Notes under the pieces: model-generated
What the model saw: the letters and a program-made list of their open reading frames with translations, nothing else
Database searches by the model: none
Told to the model about the DNA's origin: nothing
Position numbers and translations under genes: made by a program
From: Candidatus Methylomirabilota bacterium
Lineage (GTDB): Bacteria > Methylomirabilota > Methylomirabilia > Rokubacteriales > CSP1-6
Direction: 5' to 3'
Assembly: GCA_035605575.1 (NCBI GenBank)
Contig: DASTCJ010000040.1
Location: forward strand, 28,771-92,770
Length of the DNA: 64,000 nucleotides
In this document: positions 56,496 through 64,000 of the stretch, in pieces
Position numbering within the stretch: position 1 is the first letter of the stretch
Layout of the letters: the number at the start of each line of letters is the position of its first letter

Positions 56496-57701
56496 ATGGG
56501 CAAGAGTATCAGGGAAGCTCCGCGAGCGCTGGAGCTTGAGCCCGTCTCTCTGAGCGAGCTGATCCACCGAGAGATCCGCGTCGCGATCGAGACGGCCGTG
56601 CACGAAGAATTGCGCGCGGCGCTCGGAACGACGCCCTACGAACGCAGCCAGCTCCGACGTGGCTATCGTAACGGCACGAAGAGCCGCACGCTGACAGGCC
56701 CGACGGGGCCGATCGCGCTCACCCTGCCGCGCGCCACGCTGTTCGCTGGCGCGAAGGAATGGACGTCGAGGATCGTTCCGCGTTACCACCGGCGAATGCC
56801 GGAGGTGAATGAGGCCATCGTCGCCACGTATTTGGCGGGCGGCAACACCCGCCGGATTCGTGGCGCGCTTCAGCCACTTCTCAGGGCCGCACCTCTCTCA
56901 AAGAGCGCGGTGTTGCGCGTGACTGCCACTCTGAAGGACCGGCTCGACGCCTGGCGCACCCGGTCGCTTGACGATCTCGACGTCGTCTTATGTGTGCCTC
57001 GATGCCTTCGCCCTGCGTGTTCGCAGCGCCGGGAGAGTGGTCAGCGCGCCGATGCTCGGCGTCGTCGGCGTCCTGTCCGACGGCCGGAAGCATCTACTTG
57101 CCCTCGAGGTGTGTGGAGGCGAATCGTTCGCCGCGTGGAAAGGGTGCCTGGACAATCTTGTGGTGCGCGGGTTGCGGGCGCCGATCCTGGCGATCATCGA
57201 CGGCAACGCTGGACTGCGGCGCGCCGTCGAGGGAGTCTTGCCGGGCGCGACTGTGCAACGCTGCTGCGTACACAAGCTGCGCAATCTGGAGCGGAAGGCC
57301 CCGAAGCACGCGCTCGACGACATCCGCGACGACTTCCATCGCATCGTCTACGCCAGCAACCACGATGCTGCCCGCGCCGCCTACGCGACCTTCGAGCGCA
57401 CCTGGGGCAAGCGATGTCCGGGGGTCGTGACGGGCCTCCGCGAGGGCGCGGCGACGAGCTCCTGACGTTCTTCCGATTTCCCAAGGCGCAGTGGAAGACG
57501 CTGCGTACCACGAACACGATTGAGAGGCTTCACGAAGAATTCCGCCGGCGCGTGAAGACGCAAGGCTCCCTGCCGAGCGAGGACGCGGCCGTCATGCTGC
57601 TCTTCAGCCTCGTGGCGAGCGGGCAAATCAGGTTGCGGAGAATTGACGGCTGGCAGAAGATCGCCACCGTGCTCAGGCAGCAGGCCCCGCGAGCCGCATG
57701 A
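56496..57701 (+). pseudogene. IS256 (Mutator) family transposase with two compensating frameshifts
   Basis: The frame of 56496 gives the N-terminus ('RGYRNGTKSRTL...GNTRRI') and the C-terminus ('FFRFPKAQWKTLRTTNTIERLHEEFRRR'). The DDE core ('CLDAFALRVR', 'IIDGNAGLRRAV', 'VQRCCVHKLRN') is in the frame of ORF 56968..57465. Confidence 0.8.
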
Positions 57702-57952
57702 TGAGGCCGCCTCCCCGCAGCTGTCGCCCGGTTTCGGATTTGAGTTGGGCAGTGAAGATCCCGGTGCTACGCTGCACGGCCTCGCAAGATATCAAGGCAA
57801 AGCCCTCCGGGTCGTGCGCCATAAAGGTCCTCTTCATCAGGCATCGCGACGCTTGAGTACGGTGCAGCCTCGCCGCGCTACACTGCGCCACCCGCAGTGT
57901 TCACCGTGTTGGTTCAGGCAGATATCGTTAGAGAGACGAGGCGGAGGGCGCC

Positions 57953-58747
57953 ATGAGCACTCTAGGCTTCGCTGATGAGATGGCGCGCCTGCAGCGCGCC
58001 TTGGCCCAATGTCACGACATGGTCGCCCGTCGGAGTGCCGTCCTGGAGGCGCTACGCCTTCACCGCGGTGAACGCGTCCTAGAGGTCGGGTGCGGCGGCG
58101 GCTTCTATGCGTATGAGGCAGCTCAGTGCGTGGGGCGTACCGGCCGCGTATGTGCCTTGGATCTCAGCGCAGATCAAATCGCAGCCGCCCAAGCCCGCTG
58201 TGCGGACCTCGAATGGGTGGAATGCCGAGTCGGAGATGCCGTCAAGCTGCCCTACGGCGACGCGCAATTCACCGCCCTCTACGGGGTACAGGTGTTCGAG
58301 TACGTGGTTAAGGTTGACGACGCCCTGCGAGAGCTCTCCCGCGTGCTGCTCCCTGGTGGGAGAATGGTCATCCTGGCAACGAACTGGAGCTCCGTGGTTT
58401 GGCACTCCGACCAGCCGGCGCGGATGGAGCGAGTCCTCTCAGCGTGGACGCCGCACGCCCCACATCCCGATTTGCCCGCAATCCTCCTCGCGCGGCTTCG
58501 GCAGTCAGGCATGACACCGATTCGGCAAACTCCCGTGCCCGTTCTGAACACGTCCTACCACGCAAACAGCTTCAGCTATTATCTCGCCCGGATGATTCGT
58601 CCGTTTGTCGTAGGCTCGCAAGCGGTCACGCAGGAGGAGGCGGATGCGTGGCTCGACGAATTCGAGGAGCTCGAGCAAAAAGGCGCGTACTTCTTCTCCT
58701 CCACCCCTATCATTACCGAGGCGATCAAGGTGGCACAGCGCAACTGA
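57953..58747 (+). CDS. Class I SAM-dependent methyltransferase
   Basis: Motif I 'VLEVGCGGGFYA', then 'ALDLS' and 'LLPGGRMVI'. Confidence 0.8.
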   Translation: MSTLGFADEMARLQRALAQCHDMVARRSAVLEALRLHRGERVLEVGCGGGFYAYEAAQCVGRTGRVCALDLSADQIAAAQARCADLEWVECRVGDAVKLPYGDAQFTALYGVQVFEYVVKVDDALRELSRVLLPGGRMVILATNWSSVVWHSDQPARMERVLSAWTPHAPHPDLPAILLARLRQSGMTPIRQTPVPVLNTSYHANSFSYYLARMIRPFVVGSQAVTQEEADAWLDEFEELEQKGAYFFSSTPIITEAIKVAQRN

Positions 58748-59122
58748 GCTCTCTAACAACGGCATACAGGCTGACGGCGCTTCGCGCCGCAGCTGATGCC
58801 AAGCGTTACGCAAGTACGGATCTTAGCGACCGGAGAACGCTTTCGGATTTTCCACACGCTTCGGGACACGACCCCGAGGTAACCCGTCCCCGGACTGTAC
58901 TCGACTAATGCTCGTGCCAACAATCGTCGCAACGAATCGGGGCGGCCGAGATCAATCTTCACGAGAACTAACATCACGCGCTTTTGTGGCTTGACTCGTT
59001 CGCCCCGGTCATTTTACAGTCCGGTCGACCGCAAACGCTTTTCTCGCTATCCAGCGATCACCACGATGCGCTGTTCACAACGCGAACACCTCACTGAAAC
59101 AAAACTTTGCGCGGGAGAGACA

Positions 59123-60625
59123 TTGAACAAGAGTTTTGAGGCAATCGGAATTAGACGATGGAGCCGTCGACTGATTGTCGCCGCATTATTGACGTTCACC
59201 GTATTGGTACCGCGCGAAGCCCGGCCGCAGTTGCCGAGCCCTCAGTGTCCGCCGGCCGGGGCGGACCTCGCTCTCGTCCGCTATGCGGCGCCTGCCGGCG
59301 CCGGGGACGGCCTTACCGTCGGCTCACCGTATCGGATTCAAGATTTCTGGAACTCGATGCAAGCTGGGTCAACGCTCTGCTTAGCGAGTGGCACATATAT
59401 GCGGGCTAATGGTGGACTGCTCACGCCGCCATCTGGGCGGGGAGGTGACGCGTCTAAACCGATCACGATAGGCGCCATTGAGGAGTCCGATCCACCGCTG
59501 TTCGATGCGGAATGGCAGGCAGCGCCGATCTCGCTGTCTCAGAACAGTTACTGGATTATCGAGGGCGTCAACGCTAGGAATGGGGAAAGCCTGATTCGTA
59601 TCGGCGAAAACTCCGATCACAACATTATCCGCCGGGTGGTCGTCTGGGACGCCACATGGAACGCCAACAATGAGCTGATTGGCATCCATTCTGGGTCGAA
59701 CGACAACCTCCTCGAAGACATCGCCGCGTTCGGCCCGTCGCGCAAGACAGTTAATAATACGCAAGGCGGCGACAATAATACGTACCGTCGCATCTGGATA
59801 CAGCATCAGGGCTCCGGGGACGATGGTCCGACGGCAGTAGATCTCGCCTATAACAGCTACGGAGCGCATTTTGAGAACGTCTTGGCGTCGATGGACTGGA
59901 AATTCGGCCCAGAGACGTGGATTCGAACCTCTAACGGGAGCAGTTTAGGTGTCACTCAGAGTGGTGAGTTCCGGGCGGTGAACACAGGGAACATTATCAG
60001 TGCTGCTGGCACGCAATCCGGAGATAACTGCGCGAATGCATCTGTGCATGGCAGTCTCGGATATTTGATGGCCGACTATATCTTTCACTCGCAAGGCAAC
60101 GACTATCACGGCCTTGGCGCCCCGATGCTGTACTTAGCCGGTGATAGTCTGAATTGCATTACGCTTCGTCATGTCATGATCTATATCGACCCGGGTAACG
60201 ACCGCTACAACGAGTACCGCGGGATGTTTCTCGGTGCTCTCGATGTTCAAGGAACGGCGCATGCATGGAGCGCCGCGAACCTCACGTCGGTAAGCGGACC
60301 CCAGGGCGACTATCTCGACTCGACCTGGGGGGTCGGATCGACAATGTCTGCGGGTTTCACTCACAACGACGTAGTGAGTCCATGGACCGCAACAGCGACC
60401 GGGGCGAACCTCTGCTATCAGTACAAAGACGGAGTCGTTACAGACGTTCCACTGTGGCCGTGGCCGATGAACGAGCGCATCAAGCAGGCAACAGCACTGG
60501 CCGGTGTGTATTCACCACCATCATGTCTCGGCTGCTCGGGCGGTCGCGCCTCACGGGTCGCCATCGACGTGACGGCGGACATCGAGTCAATGCTAGGGGT
60601 AATTCCGGCGCACTGTAGGAGATAG
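59123..60625 (+). CDS. Secreted hypothetical protein, probable right-handed beta-helix (pectate-lyase-like) fold
   Basis: TTG 59123 follows GGGAGAG; ATG 59066 is an alternative. Signal-like 'LIVAALLTFTVLV'. 'PYRIQDFWNSMQAGSTLCLASGTYM' and 'NIIRRVVVWDA' repeats. Lower-GC codon usage. Confidence 0.5.
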   Translation: MNKSFEAIGIRRWSRRLIVAALLTFTVLVPREARPQLPSPQCPPAGADLALVRYAAPAGAGDGLTVGSPYRIQDFWNSMQAGSTLCLASGTYMRANGGLLTPPSGRGGDASKPITIGAIEESDPPLFDAEWQAAPISLSQNSYWIIEGVNARNGESLIRIGENSDHNIIRRVVVWDATWNANNELIGIHSGSNDNLLEDIAAFGPSRKTVNNTQGGDNNTYRRIWIQHQGSGDDGPTAVDLAYNSYGAHFENVLASMDWKFGPETWIRTSNGSSLGVTQSGEFRAVNTGNIISAAGTQSGDNCANASVHGSLGYLMADYIFHSQGNDYHGLGAPMLYLAGDSLNCITLRHVMIYIDPGNDRYNEYRGMFLGALDVQGTAHAWSAANLTSVSGPQGDYLDSTWGVGSTMSAGFTHNDVVSPWTATATGANLCYQYKDGVVTDVPLWPWPMNERIKQATALAGVYSPPSCLGCSGGRASRVAIDVTADIESMLGVIPAHCRR

Positions 60626-60753
60626 TCTCTGCGTTTTCATATGTGCTGCACGAAACTCTGTCCGCGTTCTGTGGTCGTTCTCGATTACTTTGGGCATGGG
60701 GCAAACACGAGGGTGGACATCAGGGCCTAATCCGCATGATGGAACGATCGCAA

Positions 60754-62019
60754 TCATGGCACAAACTCTATGGCTCCGATGTCACATAACTTTCGACCGT
60801 TGCCGTCGCCATCGATGCGGCGCTGGCCTAGTTGATCCCTTGGTGGGCATGCTGCTCGATTAGCGGCATCAATGGCCGGGCTCTCGGCGAGCAGGGGAAT
60901 GTACCCGCCGCCAGGTGTGCCGTTGTCAACGAACGCGCCGAGACCCGCGTCACCAACAAAATCGGACGAGACAAGGTCGATCGTGCAATCTGTCGTGTCG
61001 CTGATGATGTTGTTGCCGAGCGATGTAATCGTCCCGAGACAGTCCCGACCTGAGCCCGGAACACTAGCAGATATGCTATTGCGCGCCAGAATGGAATTTT
61101 GAAGCTGCACAACGCCCGCCGCAAGGATGCCGCCGCCGCCCACGGGGCCAACAGCGAGATTGTCCGCGATGGTAACGTTGATCAGCCGCACAGCCGCATC
61201 ATCGAATACGGTCAAGCCACCATCGATATTATTAGCGATTGTCGTATTGATAATTATTGTTGTGCCGTCAACAGCGCACAGTCCGCCGCTAAAATCCGCA
61301 CCGTTGCTACTGATCGTGCTGTCCTTAATCGTTGTAGTGCCGCTCACCGCGATACCGCCACATATTCCAGCGTCGCTGTCTTCGATTGTGCTCCTCAGAA
61401 TTTGCAGTGAGCCGCGACTTTCTATTCCGCCACCAAAACCTTGCGGCGCGAAGTTGCCTGTGATGCGGCTGTCTACGATGGTCAACGTCGCCAAGTTCTG
61501 GATTGCTCCGCCGAAGTCAAAAAGCCGCGAATTGCTGCGCACGACGCTGTGCGAGACAGTCAACGTCCCACGATTGAAGATCCCAGCCCCTCCAAGAGTG
61601 CTAGGGTCGCCTTGAGTGCTGAGCCCTCCGCCTTGAATCGTGATGCCGTGCAATGTGAGTGTGCCTGTCGCCTCAATATGAAGAATCCGAAAATTCGGAA
61701 ACGTCAGTGGATTGCGCTCGATGATTGTTGCAGCGGCACCGGCACCTAGGATAGTGAGTCGGCCAATGACTGACGGAAGGCCATTTGCCCCGTCACGCAG
61801 ATTATCGACGACCGTCAAGGTATACGTCCCTGCCTCGAGGATGATAGTGTCCGAACCCGGTCGCTCATTTGCGCTTCGAATGCTCGCGATGAGACAGAAA
61901 ACATCGCCGGATCCGCAGTGAAAGATTCGTGCCTGGGCGGGATCCGCGATACCGATGGCGAGGAGCAAGGCGAAGGTGACGACGCCAAGAGCGCGACGAC
62001 AGTCACAATAGAGTCCCAT
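60754..62019 (-). CDS. Secreted beta-helix repeat protein with CSLREA-like N-terminal motif (choice-of-anchor-Q-like)
   Basis: ATG 62019 (MGLYCDCRRALGVVTFALLLAIG). 'CLIASIRSANERPGSDTIILEAGTYTL'. Many 'GGAI.N.GTLT..S.I..N' repeats. C-terminal 'DQLGQRRIDGDGNG...CDIGAIE'. Confidence 0.6.
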   Translation of the reverse strand: MGLYCDCRRALGVVTFALLLAIGIADPAQARIFHCGSGDVFCLIASIRSANERPGSDTIILEAGTYTLTVVDNLRDGANGLPSVIGRLTILGAGAAATIIERNPLTFPNFRILHIEATGTLTLHGITIQGGGLSTQGDPSTLGGAGIFNRGTLTVSHSVVRSNSRLFDFGGAIQNLATLTIVDSRITGNFAPQGFGGGIESRGSLQILRSTIEDSDAGICGGIAVSGTTTIKDSTISSNGADFSGGLCAVDGTTIIINTTIANNIDGGLTVFDDAAVRLINVTIADNLAVGPVGGGGILAAGVVQLQNSILARNSISASVPGSGRDCLGTITSLGNNIISDTTDCTIDLVSSDFVGDAGLGAFVDNGTPGGGYIPLLAESPAIDAANRAACPPRDQLGQRRIDGDGNGRKLCDIGAIEFVP

Positions 62020-62493
62020 GGCAGCGACACTCCTGAGCTCCCGAAATGAAGACGCGAGAATACTAGGGTCGGCGAGCGGGCACAATAGGTAAATGGCACT
62101 GGGAGCCGCTATCTGGCGACTCATTGAGCAATCTTGCGATTCCCGACGTACGATCGGGGCGCATTACGCCGAAAACTCGAGGAGCCTGGAGCGACGGCCG
62201 AAATGAACACCCCGCAAGCTGAGCGCCGCGTGGCGTTCGCGCTCGTAGTGCCGCCTGGTGAGGAAGAAACCGAAAGAGACCGCCTCTGCCCTGATTGCCT
62301 CGCGCTGCCCGCGCCGCCTGAGGAGCGCGGCGAATGAGATCAGGCGACCCCGCGGTACACCGGGTCGCGGAGCAATCCGCGGCGATCCGCGGGACAGGCG
62401 CAATTCGGCGGAACTGGACAGTCGGTGTCGAGGCCGGAATCGACGTATATCAGTCGCCTACCGGACACGTGGAGCCCCGATTCGGAATAGCGG

Positions 62494-62688
62494 TCAGCCC
62501 TGCACCAGACGCGGCTGGTCGGCGCGGAGAATCGTGACGTTGGACAGCCGCCCCCGCACGCGCGTCGGCTCTGTCTCGCCCGGGACTTCGATAGCGAACT
62601 CCAGGTACGAGTCGCCGGGCGTGTAGGTGAATCGCACGTGCGGGCCTAGGCCGACCACGTCGTAGATCTTATACGGCTCAAGCGCCAT
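62494..62688 (-). CDS. Small hypothetical protein
   Basis: ATG 62688 is preceded by GGGAGGG. 64 aa: 'MALEPYKIYDVVGLGPHVRFTYTPGDSY...'. Confidence 0.35.
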   Translation of the reverse strand: MALEPYKIYDVVGLGPHVRFTYTPGDSYLEFAIEVPGETEPTRVRGRLSNVTILRADQPRLVQG

Positions 62689-62909
62689 TCGGGCCCTCCC
62701 TCTTGATCCAGCGCGACCGCCGCCAGCGGCCATAGCACCGGGAACATGGTCATCCAGATACGAACCTCGACCCACACAGCATAGAGCGCGAACGGCACGA
62801 GGAACAGCGGCAGCACGAGGAGCGCCCGCCGCAGAGATAGAGGGCTTGCCCGATAGCCGCGCCAGACGACGAGCCCGACGGGCAGGCCGAGTGTAAGCGT
62901 GGTCAACAT
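62646..62909 (-). CDS. Small hypothetical membrane protein
   Basis: 87-aa ORF with three hydrophobic segments. Overlaps the next ORF by 43 nt. Confidence 0.3.
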   Translation of the reverse strand: MLTTLTLGLPVGLVVWRGYRASPLSLRRALLVLPLFLVPFALYAVWVEVRIWMTMFPVLWPLAAVALDQEGGPEWRLSRIRSTTWSA

Positions 62910-63003
62910 TGCCGCGCGCGCGAGGTTACGCGCCTCGAAGTTCGTGCTCTACAGCGTCTCGACGTACGGCGCCCGTTCAAGCGCAAGTCGGGTGCCAAGA
63001 TAG

Positions 63004-63450
63004 ACGGCCGCCCACGCAGCGCCGCTGACTACGATCCGCGACGACGGCGCACCGGTCGGTGACTTCAAAAAAGCCTGGGCCACGGCCTGCATTCGTGCGG
63101 GCTTCTTCCGCGTCGAGCCGATCGGTCAAGCCAGGGATGGCGAGCCACAGAAAACGCGGAAGGTGCCGACCAAGCTGTTTCACGTTTTCCGACGAACGGC
63201 GGTGCGGAACCTCGTGCGCGCCGGCATCCCCGAGACGACGGCGATGGAAATGACCGGCCACAAGACGCGCGCCGTCTTTAAGCGCTACACGATCGTCGAC
63301 GAAGGAATGCTCCGAGAGGTCGGCGCGAAGCTCGCCGCAGCAGCGGCGCTGCAGAGTAGCAAAGTGGGCGCATCAAATGGCAAAGTCATCGCGCTGGAGC
63401 GCTGGAATGCTGCACAGTTGCGGCGCGGGATTTTCTCACTTCGAATCTGA
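63004..63450 (+). pseudogene. Tyrosine recombinase (phage-type integrase), C-terminal catalytic fragment only
   Basis: The frame is open only from the TAG at 63001-63003. '[15 protein letters not shown]', '[19 protein letters not shown]', '[16 protein letters not shown]' (H-x-x-R ... H ... Y). The 3' end reads into the tRNA-derived repeat. Confidence 0.75.
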
Positions 63451-63480
63451 GGGCCGGGGTTCGATTCCCTCCAGGCGCAC
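63438..63480 (+). repeat. Direct repeat of the tRNA-Arg 3' half (att site of the island)
   Basis: ACTTCGAATCTGAGGG-CCGGGG-TTCGATTCCCTCCAGGCGCAC matches 56319-56362 except for one substitution and a 1-nt deletion in the T-stem region. Confidence 0.85.
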
Positions 63481-63674
63481 CATCCCGATATCACGGCAGC
63501 ATCAACGTTTCCGCGAGTAATGCGGACGCTTCGAGGCTCAGCGCCACCATCCCGCCGTCGCTGCTTGGCGCGGGCGGATCACGTGATGGAATGATGCCGT
63601 TCGAAGGATCACGGCGAGCGCTCGCCGTTCGCGGTACTCATCGGCATCCGTTTTGATTCCGCAAGCGTCGGGCT

Positions 63675-63899
63675 ATGGACCTGTCCGCCGTTCGCGCGAA
63701 GATCGCCGCTGGCATTCTTCCGCGAGCGGAGTGTCACCAGACACGGATTCGGACGCGGCCGGCGACGATCTGCCGCGTCTGCGACGGACCGACGACGTCA
63801 GTCGATATGGTGGCCGAGTGTCACTGGGCGGGGTTGGTTTTGGTAGCGCATCCCGACTGTTTCGTTATGTGGGAGGAGGCGCGCAGACTGGGAAGCTAG
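63675..63899 (+). CDS. Small Cys/His-rich protein (paralog of 24800..25054)
   Basis: 'GILPRAECH...ATICRVCDGPT...AHPDCFVMWEEA' shares spaced LPR / ICxxCDxP / HPxC-V-W-EE residues with the 24.8-kb copy. Confidence 0.55.
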   Translation: MDLSAVRAKIAAGILPRAECHQTRIRTRPATICRVCDGPTTSVDMVAECHWAGLVLVAHPDCFVMWEEARRLGS

Positions 63900-64000
63900 C
63901 CGTCGCCTCTTCGTTCGTGGAGGATCCTACGGCGCAACGCGTTCCGCCATACAACCAAGCAGGGGCGATCGAGAACGATATCCCCACGGGCCGACGGAAC

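Larger units (their letters stand above)
56363..63437. mobile_element. tRNA-Arg-associated integrated element (degraded genomic island, about 7.1 kb)
   Basis: Bounded by direct repeats of the tRNA 3' half (56319-56362 and 63438-63480). It contains a transposase pseudogene and a truncated tyrosine integrase. The central part is visibly more AT-rich than the flanks. Confidence 0.75.

Noticed and set aside
56362-57952. Terminal inverted repeats for the IS256-like element.
   Set aside because: A left-end candidate is GGTAGTGTCCGGGGTCATGTGGAAAATCAG (about 56391-56420). I found no reverse-complement partner in the 250 bp after the transposase, so the IS boundaries cannot be supported.
63541-63554. 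GCGCCACCATCCCG, which resembles the junction GCGCACCATCCCG at 63475-63487 and might be a second att remnant.
   Set aside because: The match is only 13-14 nt and GC-rich, so it is within chance expectation.

Overview
This is a dense, very high-GC bacterial chromosome segment with about 70 genes. Many neighbouring genes are joined by 4-nt GTGA/ATGA stop-start overlaps. All functions were assigned from motifs read in the translated ORFs; no database search was possible.

Content by position:
- 1-7.7 kb: PHP phosphoesterase (5' partial), an ArsC-like protein, a class III CoA-transferase, an orphan receiver, two MFS transporters, a hotdog thioesterase, and a compact AAA+ ATPase coupled to a 4HBT thioesterase.
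- 7.8-12.8 kb: an ABC-2 ATPase / permease / GldG-like / DUF4340 module.
- 14.7-18.2 kb: a minimal phosphonate biosynthesis cassette (MBL hydrolase, phosphonopyruvate decarboxylase, PEP mutase fused to a nucleotidyltransferase domain).
- 19.6-24.2 kb: a sigma54-type two-component system, divergent from a small-protein operon.
- 25.6-30.6 kb: a complete Tol-Pal cluster (tolQ-tolR-tolA-like-tolB-pal-cpoB).
- 31.8-34.6 kb: DNA glycosylase, ThrC-like enzyme and CgeB-like glycosyltransferase.
- 34.6-37.2 kb: a sulfonate/nitrate-type ABC importer.
- 37.2-42.0 kb: a second, paralogous ABC-2/GldG/DUF4340 module, this one coupled to a HupE/UreJ-like protein.
- 42-56 kb: lactonase-like MBL, DHODH-like flavoprotein, LLM oxidoreductase, cupin, azlCD, long-form thyX, citrate synthase, sodC, two tandem M20 amidohydrolases and a hybrid histidine kinase.
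- 56.3-63.5 kb: tRNA-Arg(UCG) followed by a roughly 7.1-kb integrated element. It is bounded by a 43-44 nt direct repeat of the tRNA 3' half and carries a double-frameshifted IS256-family transposase, a methyltransferase, two beta-helix secreted proteins and a truncated tyrosine integrase.

Observations most worth follow-up:
- The AAA+ ATPase ends in GQYL, the mycobacterial proteasome-docking motif.
- The phosphonate cassette has no transaminase, reductase or transferase nearby.
- At least three (possibly five) genes have conserved N-termini upstream of any ATG/GTG/TTG codon.
- A sigma54-like promoter with upstream palindromes sits in front of a small-protein operon. One Cys/His-rich member of that operon has a paralog just outside the island's right repeat.

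No rRNA genes or CRISPR arrays were seen.
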